A DNA stretch of 64,000 nucleotides from the human T2T-CHM13v2.0 reference genome, Homo sapiens: the NCBI RefSeq assembly GCF_009914755.1, contig NC_060932.1; one strand, written 5' to 3'. This document shows, one piece after another, positions 14,934 to 28,519 of the stretch; the first letter of the stretch is position 1, and every line of letters begins with the position of its first letter. The notes under the pieces are model-generated. The model saw only the letters and a list, made by a program, of their open reading frames with translations. It was not told where the DNA came from and made no database searches. The translations under genes were made by a program, and so were the position numbers.

Positions 14934-14989
14934 TACATGTTCCACTCAAGATAGGGTCTACTACATGTTCCACTCAAGATAGGGTCTAC
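14934..14989. repeat. Perfect 28-bp tandem duplication
   Basis: TACATGTTCCACTCAAGATAGGGTCTAC at 14934-14961 and 14962-14989. Confidence 0.95.
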
Positions 14990-15430
14990 TTCATTTGTTC
15001 TTACCAGCTTTTCCTTGTTATTTTTCTAAGCAGTACTTTCGTTTTTTCTAAGCAATACTAATATCTGGCTAGGTTGGGATAATAGTTTTTATCTGATTAC
15101 TTTTAAACTCCTTTTTTTAGTTCATGTCATTCATTTTTTAATACGGATTGGATAACTTTGATTTGTTGAGCACCATGCCAACTTCTGGTTTTTGTTCTCC
15201 ATGAGGGAAAGAGATATAAAACAAATAAACATGCAAATAAAATTATTCCAAATATGTACAAAAAGCACAAGCATGGTGCTAAGGAAATAATCATGAAGAG
15301 ATCTTGTTTATATTTGAGGGGAAGAAAATGCTTCTCTGAAGAAGTGAGAATTGAACCAAAATCTAAATAATGGTACTCCCAACACTAGAATAGTGCCTGT
15401 AATGTACTAGCTGCTTGATAAATATTTGAT

Positions 15431-15595
15431 GGTTTGTAACTCAAAGGATAAATGCTTGACGGGATGGTTACCCCATTCTCCATGATGAGCTTATTTCACA
15501 TGGCATTCCTGTATCCAAACATCTTATATACACCCATAAATATATACATCCACTATGAACCCACAAAACTTTAAAAAATATTAAAAAAGAAAAAA
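15431..15595 (+). mobile_element. 5'-truncated L1MA1-3-like 3' end, inserted in an L2 3' end
   Basis: 'tttgtaactcaaaggataaatgcttga...ccccattctccatgatg...cccataaatatatac...acccacaaaa'. Perfect 13-bp TSD ATAAATATTTGAT at 15418-15430 and 15596-15608. Confidence 0.9.
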
Positions 15596-15820
15596 ATAAA
15601 TATTTGATAAATCAGTGAATGGATAAATACCTTAATATAAGTATTAGAAAGAAGAACTTTTAGGGAGAGAGGTCTACAGGTGCCCAGAATATTTTACTAT
15701 TCTCATATTCACTTATTAATTCTCCTTTTAGTTTTGACATCTTTTATTACTAGAATGATAATGATGATAACTACTATCTTTATAGCTATTATGTATGTAT
15801 TGACACCATAAAACAGGCAC

Positions 15821-18494
15821 TGAAACTGTGCCTGGATCTGTGTCCCCACCCAATTCTCATGTTGAATTGTAAACCCCAGTGTTGGAGATGGGGCCTGGTG
15901 GAAGGTGATTTGATCATGGAAGTGTTTTCTCATGGTTTAACACCATTCCCCTTGGTACTGTCATAGTGATAGTGAGTCATTGTGAGATCTGGTTGCTTAA
16001 AACTGTGTAAGACATAAGACATGCCTGCTTCTTTTTTGCTTTTCACCATGATTATAAGTTTCCTGAGACCTCCCCAGAATCAGAAGCTGCTGTGCTTCCT
16101 GTACAGCCCAGAGAACTGTGAGCCAATTTAACCTCTTTCTTTATTAATTACCCAGTCTATGATATTTCTTTATAGCAGTGTGAAAATGGATTAAACTAGC
16201 AAATTTGTGCCAAAGAGTGGGGCATTGCTATAAAGATACCTGAAAATGTGGAAGTAGCTTGGGAAATATGTAATGAATGGAGGTTGAAACAATTTGGAAG
16301 TTTGGACTCAGAAGAAGACAGGAAGATAAGGAAAGGTTGGAACTTCCTAGAGATTTGTTGAATGGTTGTGACCAAAATGCTGGTAGTGATATGGATAATG
16401 AAGTCCAGGGTGAGGAGGTCTCAGATGGAAATGAGGAACTTATTGGGAACTGTTGTAAAGGTCACTTTTGCTATGCTTTAGCAAAGAGCCTGACTGCATA
16501 GTGCCCCTGCTCTAGGGGTCTATGGAAACTTCAAATTCAGAGTGATGATTTGGGGTATCTGGTAGAATAAATTTATAAGCAGCAAAGCATTCATCCTGTG
16601 GCCTAGAGGCTTCCAACCACCTATACTTATATACATGAGCAAATAAATGACCTGAAGGTGGAGCTTATATTTATTTTTTATTTTTTAATTTTTATTTTTG
16701 TTTTAAGTTCCAGGGCACATATGCAGGATGTGCAGGTTTGTTACATAAGTAAATGTGTGCCATGGTGGTTTGCTGCACCTATCAAACCATCACGTAGGTA
16801 TTAAGCCCAGCATGCATTAGCTATTTTTCCTAATGCTCTCCCTCCCCTCACTCCACCCTCCAACAGGCCACAGTGTATGTTGTTCCCCTCCCTGTGTCCA
16901 TGTGTTTTCATTAGTACTTATATTTAAAGAGAAAGCAGAGCAGACAATATTTGAAAATTTGCTGCCCATCCATGTGATTGGAAAGAAAAGCCCATTTTCA
17001 GGGGAGGAATTCAGGCAGACTGCAGAAATGTTCTATAAGTAAAAAGGAGCCAAGTGTGAGTAATCAAGACAATGAGGAAAAGGCCTCAAAAGCATATCAA
17101 AGACCGTTGGGGCAGCCCCTCTAATTACAGACCGAGAGGCCTAGGAGGATAGAATGGTTTTGTGGGCCAGGCCAAGGGCCCCACTACCCTGTGCAGCCTT
17201 GAGACACTGCTTCCTGCATCCTGGTTGCTTTAGCTCCAACCATGGCTCAAAGGGGTCCAGGTACACCTGAGACCACTGCTTCAGAGGGTACGAGACTTAA
17301 GCTTGGCAGCTTCTACGTGGTGTTAAGCCTGCAGGTGCATAGAATGCAAGAGTTGAGGATTGGGAGCCTCTACCTAGATTTTGGAGGATATATGGAAAAG
17401 CCTGGATGTCCAGGCGGAACCCTGCTGCAGGGGCAAAGCCCTCATGAATAACCTTTACTAGGGCAATGTCGAGGGAAAACACTGGATTGCAGCCCCCTCA
17501 CAGAGTCCCCACTGGGCACTGCCTAGTGGAGCTGTGAGAACAGGGCCAACAGCCTCCAGACCCCAGAATGGTAAATCCACTGGCACCTTACATCCTGTAC
17601 CTGGGAAAGCTGCAGACACTCAATGCTAGCCCTTGGGATAAACTGTTGGGGGCTGAAACCTGCAAAGCCACAGGGCCAAAGCTTCTCAAAGCCTTGGGAA
17701 ACTGCCCTTTGCACCAGCATGCCCTGGATGTGAGACATGGAGTTAAAGAATATTATTTTGGAGCTTTAAGATCTAATGACTGCCCTGCTGGGTTTTGGAC
17801 ATGTGTGGAGCCTCTAATCCCTTTCTTCTGGCCCACTTCTCCTTTCTGTAACTGGGTTATTTACCTAATTCCTATACCTCCATTGTATGTTGAAAGTGAC
17901 TAACTTGTTTTGATGTTACTGGCTTATAGGCAAAAGGGACTTGCTTTGTCTCAGATGAGACTTTGGACATTTCAGTTAATGCTGGAATGAGGTAAGACTT
18001 TGGAGGACTGTTGGAAAGACATGATTGTATTTTGCAATGTGAGAAAGACATGATATTTGGGAGAGACCAGGGTGGAATTATGTGGTTTGAATCTGCATCC
18101 CCACCCAAATCTCATGTCAAATTTTATTCCTCAGTGTTGGAGATGGGGCCTGGTGGAAGGTGAATGAATCATGATGGGGCAGGATTCTCATGGTTTCACA
18201 CACCATCCTCCTTGGTGCTGTCATGGTGATAGTGAGTTCCCGTGAGATCTAGTTGTTTAAAAGTGTGTGACACCTCCTGTCTCTTTCCCTTCCACCTGCT
18301 CCAGCCATGTAAGACATCTCTGCTTCCCCTTCATCTTCTGTCTTGATTGTAAGTTTCCTGAGGCCTCCTCAGAAGCAGAAACTTCTATGCTTCCATTACA
18401 ACCTGTAGAACTGTGAGTCGATGAAATTGCTTTTCTTTATAAATTACCCAGTCTCAGGTGTTTCTTTATAGCAGTACAGGAATGGACTAATACA
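15821..18494 (+). mobile_element. Full-length MSTA-type MaLR (LTR-internal-LTR)
   Basis: 5' LTR ~15821-16198, MST-internal text ('gagtggggcattgctataaagatacctgaaaatgtggaag'), 3' LTR ~18078-18494. 5-bp TSD GGCAC at 15816-15820 and 18495-18499. Confidence 0.92.
16674..16916 (-). mobile_element. L1PA (L1PA8-like) 3' fragment nested in the MST internal region
   Basis: T-rich tail plus 'ttttaagttccagggcacatatgcaggatgtgcaggtttgttacata'. TSD CTTATATTTA at 16664-16673 and 16917-16926. Confidence 0.9.
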
Positions 18495-18559
18495 GGCACT
18501 CTAATCACTTTCATTGATATCTCAATTAACCATCAGAAAATTATAAAGTAAAGCTTTGT

Positions 18560-18720
18560 ATGTGTAAGATAATGTTGCGTTTTGTTTCGTTTTTCCAGAT
18601 GAGGAAATTGCAGCTTAAAGTTGCTAAACAAATTTAGCCAAGGCCACAAAGCAATAGGAAATAACCCAAAATTGAAAACAGGCTTGCCTTTCTGCAAATC
18701 CAATGATTGACATCTCCAAG
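18560..18720 (-). mobile_element. MIR remnant
   Basis: 'tttccagatgaggaaattgcagcttaaag...tagccaaggccaca' MIR core. Confidence 0.55.
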
Positions 18721-21623
18721 CCTAATATGAGGTCCTGTGTGGACAACTGCTTGTCTCAGCCCAAATGCCACAAAATATAACAGGTCTGAGTAATTTATCC
18801 ACCTATATCAAAGGTGGGTAAAAGAATTATGAAAAAAGGTAAAGCAGGGTCAGTTTGAGATCCAATACTGGGGCCAGGTATATCCAGATTCAAATATAGG
18901 TCCAGACATCTACAAGGTGACTTTGGGTGAATAACTGAATCCAAGTTACCTAGGTTTCAACACCTGCACCATGAAGACAATAATACATTGATGCTTATGA
19001 TGATTAAATTATATAATGTAAATAAAATGCTGAGCTCTTGGCTTGACAAAGAGTGGTTGTTGTTTAGAGTGCACACATCAAGATAAAGGAAGTAGTTAAT
19101 TTTTATGTATAGAAAGTGTTTGGGTGACTTTTTAGATGAAATGACAGATAAGCTGAGATTCAAAAGACAAATGAAAGTTTGCAAGGTAGAGAGAAGGGAA
19201 AAATATTCTGGATATAGCAAGTGCTATGCACAAAGACAGGAGACAAACTCCTTATGTGGAAACCACATAACAGTAATCATATTTTTCTTTACATTTCATA
19301 GCAAGTTGGGGGCACTGGAATGCAATGTTTCTGCTTAACAGAAATGTTGGCAATATTCTTAAGATAGTGTTCATGATGAGAAGAATTATAATAAAAGGAC
19401 TTCCCAGAAAAGAATAAAAAATTCCTCCTTGAATTGTGTATTCATGTTGTATTGGCAAACGGGACACTTGTTTTACCTTCTAAACCAACTGGGCCTGAAG
19501 GATTTATTTTTGACTACTTAATTTTTAAGTGCCAAAATGTCTTCCTGTATCTTCCTACATTTATTGTCCAGAGTATAAGTTCTCCTAGGCAGAGAGTTTT
19601 CAAAATTATAACGTTCACTGAACATTAAATGCTAATAATTTTATTCTTCCTTTCCTAACACTTTGCAGTTCCAGCTGGGCCGAGAACTCAAAGTGTGAAG
19701 CTAAAGTACAAAAGCTGGTATGAGAGGTATTTCAGGAAAGGAGTACAGGCTGAAGTATTGCAAATGTCTTTGAAGAATACTGGTGCTTTGCTGTTCCCAG
19801 CTTCATTTAGCAGCCTTGAGAAATTAGAGGAGATTTTTATTAGCATCTTATCCCTCTATGTTCACCAGCACTATTTGGTAGGAATAAAATTTAAATCTTG
19901 CTAGCTATTTTCTTTGTTAGAATCATTAAATACTTCCGCTTGGGAGGAATTATTAAAGAGAAAAGGGAGTATCTCTTCCTGACAGCCTGCTTGGTGTCAC
20001 TGTATTGCTTAATCCTCACAATGTTGTAATAGTTTGTGTTGTCCCCATTTGCAAATAGAAAATGAATGCACAAGAGGTAAAACTGCTAAAAACAGACAGC
20101 ACCAGGATACTAGTACTTCTCACACATTAAAGGCCAACTTTAAAGACATCACCATGGATCAGCTTAGGCTGATCATTAAATAGACGTGCTTTACTGCTAA
20201 CAAATTCGGTGCATCATAATCATGGACAAATGCACTGACAGATAATGAACAAAGGACACTCATACATTACTTTCCTTTTTGTACACATTATGTCACCATG
20301 TGAAACAGGATTTGGAGTTACATGCTTTAAAAATCACATGCATTTTTGAAAAATAAAAGGATACACATGCTAAACTATGTTTTTTAAATAAAGAATTGTA
20401 GCACGGGATGAGAAATAAATCAATTCAACACCTAAAGCAATGGAAAAGCACAGCATAAACTATTTCAGAAAGTCTGGTAATTAATGTAAAGAAGCAAATT
20501 GCATTATATCACTCATTACTTAATAAAAAATTGAGCATTTATTTTCCAGGGAAGACAAATGTGGTTGGGGTTCCTACTTTATAACATTTGGTGTGGATTT
20601 TTACAAGATTATTATGCAATCCGTCAATGGACTGTGGGCGGTGCGGGGCAGCACGGATTCCAAATATTTACAAATCACATGCATTACCTTGAATTGTGTT
20701 ATTACGGCCTCCACAACCATTGTGCCATCAACTCAAAGGAAGAAATATCTTCCTCAAGCTCTATTTGAAGGCTAAATATATCTTCCCACCTTTGTTTCTA
20801 CTATTCTAATTTATCACCTGGTCATTTTCTGACATCTCCCTTTAATACAGCTTCGTTTTACACCTCTAGGTCTTTTGATGCACGCTCTTAGGCATCTCTG
20901 CCTTACTGCTGCACACATCCACCATGTTATTCAGACTCACATTTTCACCTACTCTTCCAGCTTCTCTCACACCTTTTCTCAATGTGAGCCCTAGGAGTCA
21001 TCCTAACTACCAAGCTTGGTTAACTGTATTATGACAAAGAGAGAATGTCACTCTCTTCCAAAAGCCAAGGCTTCTAATGATCACGTAGGTGGATAATCAC
21101 CTGTTTATATACTTGTTAGTCCCACTAGATTGTGCATACGTTTCATGGGACAGTGCATGAAGCTTGTATTATCTTTGAAACTTTACGAGGAATGCCACAG
21201 GTCTGTGTGATATCTGCAGAGGTGAGCAGGTAGCAGATGCATGTGGGTGTGAAGGCAAACAGGCAGGACCCTGAAGGGTGTGAAAGATGACATTTCACCC
21301 TAGTGGAGGAGGTATCACAGGGTGGAGAGCAAGCCTCCTGTGCTCCAGCTTGCCTGCTCGCATCATTCTGCTGTTCAGTATCCTTTCATGTCTCTTTTTC
21401 CAAGTGTACAGACCTAGATGCTCACACAACCTGAAAACTCTATCATAGTTTTGCACTTTCTAGCTCTGTAGCCCAATATTGACTTTCCCTTTTTTTTTAG
21501 TCTGCTCAGCCATTCCGTCTCTCTTTCATTTCCTTCATGCTGCCATGCCTCTGGCTGACTCAGCGCTTTTGCTCATGATGTACAGAACAAGTTTCCCCAT
21601 GTTGCCTCATTCATGCTCTTTCA

Positions 21624-21963
<340 letters not shown>

Positions 21964-22124
21964 TCACCTCACAAATTGCTTCTTCAGGGAAGTTGTGCTC
22001 ACCCTACAAGCCTCTCTCCATTTTGTTGTCTAATAGCAATTTATAATTTTCTTAATGACATTAATCATAATTTATAATCTTGTATTATTTGGGTACATAT
22101 TTTGTGCTCAGCAAGCTGAGGCAA

Positions 22125-22298
22125 TATTCTCATCTTAGTCTCTGGAGTAGTTGGGAATACAAGTGCATGCCACTACACCCAGTGAATTTTTTATATTTTT
22201 ATATTATTATCTTTTTTTAGAGACAGAGTCCCATTGTGTTGTCCAGACTGTTCTCAAACTTCTGGGCTCAAGCAATTATCTCACCTCAGCCTTCCAAA
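22125..22298 (-). mobile_element. Truncated AluJ fragment
   Basis: 'gagtagttgggaatacaagtgcatgccac...agagacagagtc...gggctcaagcaatt...cctcagccttccaaa'. Confidence 0.85.
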
Positions 22299-22449
22299 GA
22301 CTATAGCTTTTGGAAACCTGGGTGGATGTATTTTTTAAACTCATCATTTTATCCTCAGCACCTAATAACTAAAAGGCATCTTAAAAATACTTATAAAGAA
22401 TAAATTAATATGTGTACTTAGTTATAGAAGGAAAACATTAAAGTTATTA

Positions 22450-22857
<408 letters not shown>

Positions 22858-23110
22858 TTAATGTAAATCAAGGAACAATCTTAATCACCATCTATAAAAG
22901 CTGTTGATAATAGAATGTACCTTACAGTTTTGCCATGATGATTAAATAGCACCATAGCTGTCACAAAACAGGCACTTAATATTTATTGAATGTATGAGCC
23001 AAAGAATGCATGAAAACCTGTTAAAATATATCTATAATGTACTCAGATGGTGAGGGGTAGGAAAGGTACTGATGGCATTAATAAAAAGTAATACAAGAAT
23101 AGATCAGAGA

Positions 23111-23517
<407 letters not shown>

Positions 23518-23980
23518 TCAATAGCAGATTTCAGAATCCACAGATCTCAGCAAGTAGCTTGAGATATGTTATTTGAATGTTTCCCTTAATACTGCCATGG
23601 GAACCCCCCCAAACAAATAAAAGTCTCCAGACTTCCACTTAAAAATCTTCCTTGTATGAATAACTCACGGATGGTTGGCAGAATCTGTATTATTGACCAA
23701 GATCCATAGTCTGTTTGATGATGGGTCACATGGGGGAAATACCTGTTTGGGAAGTGTTTTTCTCAGAAGAAGGCACAGCACTATGCCGCTTAAAAGGAGG
23801 GAGACCTGTAAAGAGGAATTTGTACACCATAAGGCCATTTGATTTCTATGTAAAGATTGATTTTATGTTCACCAGACCTCCCAATAAAAAGCAAAGCTCA
23901 TTAAAATATCTGAATTCCATGCCCTTTCTACACTTACTGTTTAACTTCAGGCAGATTACATAATTGTTCTCCAACTCTAT

Positions 23981-24100
23981 TGTACTAGTTATAATTCTCC
24001 AGAGAAACAGAAAGAGGAAATTTATTATGGGAATTAACTTACATGATCATGGAAGCCAAGAATTCCCAAGATCTGCTGTACATTAGCTAGAGACCTAGGG
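23981..24100 (-). mobile_element. MLT2 (ERVL) LTR fragment
   Basis: 'tgtactag...ttctccagagaaacagaa...atttattatgggaatt...catgatcatggaagccaagaattcccaagatctgc'. Confidence 0.7.
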
Positions 24101-25317
24101 ATCATTTACCTTCACATCTATTCCTTAGGTAGAAAAATAGGGTAATAATTTCCATTCCTCAGTATTGTTTTAAATACTATCTAAAATAATCTGGACAAAT
24201 AACTAAGGACAGTATTGATAAACACATAATAGATGATCCATAAAAGCCAGCAAAGAAAAAGAGGAGAAAAGAAAGGAGAAGAAAAATAAAGATGAGGGAG
24301 ATGGGGAGTACTTTCTTCTATTCTTTCCTTCGCAAACGCTATATAAAATTATTTTTCAGAAGTTAAATAACAATGAAGAGCATATAACCCAGCCAGCTGT
24401 CAATGAGAAATTTTAACCATATATGTATTTATATATTTAAGCTACATGGCAGGCCACGGATGTCTATTGATTTCTCTGCTCTGAAATAGGTGGTTTTGTT
24501 TAGCTCTGAAAAGTGAACAATTTTCTTGACACCAACTACTTGTTTAATAGTTTTGGAATAATCCATATTTCATTAAGATGATGACTTATCATGCCCAACC
24601 TTCTGCTGTCTTGCAAACTATTGATTTAAGGCAGTTTAGCACTTGTATAGCATCTAATAAATTGGTCCCAATTGGCAGTGCTGTGTTATGTACTCATTGC
24701 TCATGCTGTAAACACTGGCATCACCTATTTTAGAACCCATCCATAGATTTGTTTTCTCGACAAGATCTTTCCCCTCCAAACCCTTCCACTGAAACAGTCA
24801 CTGCATTTTTTTTTATGAAACACATAAAACTTTTCGATAAGTAGAGGGCACCACAATCAATATTCATAGTGTGATTTATTGGAAGAGGTAGTATTTCACT
24901 AAATCCTCCCTGTAAATCCAGTGTGCAAAGTAGTTAGTACAGTAATCCATCTCCCGGATATTTTAAACAGGGCATTAATGGGCTTGGAAGGTAGACGGGC
25001 TGTGAATCATTTGCCTGTGACGGAGGTAGTTAGAGACTTTATTAGCTCAAATGCTTCAAACTCAGCTCTGTCTTCTGCCCCTTCCTCCCATCTTCCAGGC
25101 CCAAGCCCATTAGTCTTCACTCAGCTGCTCCTTTTCTCTGAATGTTTGACCCTGACTTTCTTGGGCATTCCAGTTCTCTTTTGTATGGATGCGATATCCT
25201 TCTGAAAGCCATCAAGGATACTAATTTGACTTTTATAGTTCTATTCCATTTTTAAGGCTTTTTTTTTCCTCCAGGGTGAGTTTTACACCCAGATTCTTGT
25301 TTTTTTCAAATATCTAT

Positions 25318-25701
25318 TGATATGGTTTGGCTCTGTGTCCCCACCCAAATCTCATGTTGAATTCCAATCCTCAATGTTGGTGGGGTGACCTGGTGAGAGG
25401 TGATTGGATCATGGAGGTGTATTATCCCTCCTTGCTGTTCTCGAGATAGTGAGTGAGCTCTCATGAGATCTGGTTGTTTAAAAATGTGTAGCATTACCTC
25501 CTTTACCATCTTTCTCCTGTTGCCATGTGAAGACATGCTTGCTTCCCCTTCACCCTTCTGCCATGATCATAAGTTTCCTGAGGACTCCCAGCCATGCTTC
25601 TTGTACAGCCTGCAGAACTATAAGTCAATTAAACCTCATTTCTTCATAAATTAGCCAGTGTCAGGTAGTCCTTTATAGCAATATAAGAACAGACTAATAC
25701 A
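25318..25701 (+). mobile_element. MSTA/THE1D-type solo LTR
   Basis: 'tgatatggtttggctctgtgtccccacccaaatctc'...'aacagactaataca'; TSD TCTAT/TCTGT. Confidence 0.92.
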
Positions 25702-27964
25702 TCTGTGTAAGAATTTGTTTGGCACACAGGTAACTTCCATGACTTGCCTATTCATCTTTCTAGAATAGTTGCACTTGCAAAGTTGTAGATTGTTTGTAGG
25801 AATGTAACAAAATGCACATTAACTGCTTTAAAAAATCTTAGGTAATGTCATGAATGTAAAATTCAAACAAGATCTTAAAAACGATTTGGTAAATCCTATG
25901 TAGAAAAATGAGTATTACAAATGAATATATACTTGGCCATTTAGAAACAGAAAAGGGCACCGTGGTTTCCAATAACTGTAATTAGTTCAGTGTTGTTACA
26001 GTATAAGATGTACAACTATCCATGATAAGAGATAAGTGTAGAAAGAAAATTTGAGGCATATTTGCAGATTCCCATATTCAATAACCATTTATTGAGTAAA
26101 TGAATGTATGAATTAATTTCTCAACCAAAAAATATATCAATGGATAAACTATTTCTACCCTTCCATTCACATGGTTGTGTTCTTCTTCATAGACAAAGTG
26201 CTTTTTGTTTTGTTTTTTTACTAATTAATATCTCTTTTTCATTTGTATCATGGCATTTTACAAAGAATCCAGAAAAATTGTCTTACCCTTTGGGAGGTTT
26301 GCTGACCTTTGATATAGAATCAAAGTCTCTCACTGTTTCCTTTAAAGTATCTGATATCTTTTATGTCCTTGAAGGTGACAATAATTAGATCAGAAATATT
26401 GCCACACTTACTTCCAACTCTTCCCACCTTACAGTTGATAAAAATACACTGAGCCAACACATCAGCTGGTCTTTTCAATTTATTAATCCAAGAATCCATC
26501 TGTTCAAATTGAGGCTCTAGCAACACGACTGTTAAGGCCAGATGGACTAGTTGTCCTTACGCTGCAAAGCAACAGCATCCTCAAAGCCTAGCACAAGGAC
26601 TTTATGCTTGTTGTATTAACAGATGGGGCGACTGGCATTTCCTATCTGGGAGCTCTGCAATTTGCAATTTCTACCCTGAAGCCATTTAGCAGGAAAATAT
26701 AGTAAGAAAATAAAATACTTAGCATTTTCACTTTCTTTTATATTAATGCTTTATGGAACAGAAAGGTGTAGACAAAGAAGTCCTAAGATTGAGAATCTTA
26801 ATTTAGAGAAACTTTTCAGAATGACATACAACTTAGGTCATTCTTGGGAACGCTGGAATATATCTATTGAGCTTATTGTTCCAGTTGCAATATCAGTGGG
26901 ACATTTAGGGAATAATGAAAAATCATGTCAAATCCACTGCAAAATCCTTGTGATGGTAGTATAAAATTCAGTTGCAGGGAAGCTGCCCAAAAAATGTCTG
27001 CCTGGACGTCCATCTGATGGCCTTTTCAGCTAGGAGTTGAATTGATTCTTGGGGGTATGAGGAGGTGAGAGGAGGAAATGTAACTGAAGGGGAGACACCA
27101 AGGTGTTTCAATCCTAAATTCAGAAATTCAGTCCCTATTTTGCTAATATCTCAAGATTCTTGCCCATAATTTAAGTGACTTATCTGACTACTGTCAGAGA
27201 CCTAGAAACATTTTACAGTTTGTATTTGCATTCTATTTTTGGTAATTTACTTGGGCTTTGACTTTTCTGTCCTCAGACCCTTTCATATTTCATTGTCACA
27301 CAACCTAGTATCTGGTCTGGTGTTAGTTTCTGGAATTCATACCCATGGTAATCACCCAAAAAGTAGTAAAATCATAATAATTATGAAATTATTACACACA
27401 ATCCTATTTATTCTATTATAAGCCAATTACACACAATGTTTTATAGATTTTAATGTATGTCTTGCACGTTTGTTTAATTTCTACGTATGTTATTCTTTTG
27501 TATGCCATGTTTTTTCAATATTATTTTCAGATAATTCTTTGTTAGTATATAGAAATCCAACTGATGTTTTATGTTGATTCTGTATTCTACGACTTTGCTA
27601 AGCTTATTTATTAGCTCTAATAGGTTTCTTTTTGTATTGTTTGGTTTTCTTTGGTGGGAGAGAAGTAGGTCCTTCTTATACATAAGACAATGTCATCTGC
27701 AAATAATGATAATTTTATTATTTCTTCCTATGCAAATGAACATTTTTTAGTCCTTTTTTATTCCTTTTTTCTGTCTTTTCATTTTTTTTTTCTTTTTGTT
27801 ACACCCTCCAATGTGATGTGAAGAGGAATGGTGTGAATAAACATATTTGTCTTACACCTGACCTTAGAAAAAAGACTTTGGCCTTTCACATTTAAGTACA
27901 ATGTTTGTTGTGGAGTTTTCACAATTGTTCTTTTGTTCTTTTTCAGATTGAGAAATCTTTCTCA

Positions 27965-28273
27965 TTTTTTTTCTTTTTCTTTTATTTTTTTGAGACAGAG
28001 TCTCACTCTGTCACCCAGGTTGGAGTGCAGTGGTGCAATCTCAGCTCACTACAGCCTCCATCTCCTGGGTTCAAGTGATTCTCATGCCTCAGACTCCCAA
28101 GTAGGTGGGATTACAGGCATGCACTACCATCCTCAGTTCATGTTTGTATTTTTAATAGAGACAGGGCTTCATCATGTTGGCCCGGCTGATCTCAAACTCC
28201 TGACCTCAAGTGATCCACCTGCCTCAGCATCCCAAAGTGCTGAGATTGCAGGTGTGAGCCACTGCGCCCAGCC
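27965..28273 (-). mobile_element. Alu (AluSx/Sz-like) inserted in L1M
   Basis: Reverse-complement full Alu; degenerate TSD 'agaaatctttctca' / 'agaagtctttttca'. Confidence 0.95.
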
Positions 28274-28430
28274 AAGAAGTCTTTTTCAATTCTAAGTTTA
28301 TTAGGTATTTTTACTATGAAAACATGTTGGATTTTGCCACATGACCATTTAGTGTGTGTTGAAGTGATCACATGAATTTTATTATTTTTTACCTATTGTT
28401 GTTTACATATAATATACATATTGTGACTTA

Positions 28431-28519
28431 TTAGGCTGGTGCAAAAGTAATTGCAATTTTTGCCCCTATTACTTTGGAAAGTAATGGCAAAAACCGTGAT
28501 AACTTTTGCACCAACCTAA
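28431..28519. mobile_element. MADE1 (Hsmar1-derived MITE)
   Basis: TIRs 'ttaggctggtgcaaaagtaattgc' and 'gtgataacttttgcaccaacctaa', flanked by TA on both sides. Confidence 0.95.

Noticed and set aside
16277-17903. ORF fragments in the MST internal region as a functional gene
   Set aside because: Short pieces in several frames, interrupted by stops and an L1 insertion; a decayed MaLR internal ORF.
27005-27022. CTCF-like GGCCATCAGATGGAC on the minus strand
   Set aside because: Mismatches at core positions, including the conserved GGC; too weak to report.
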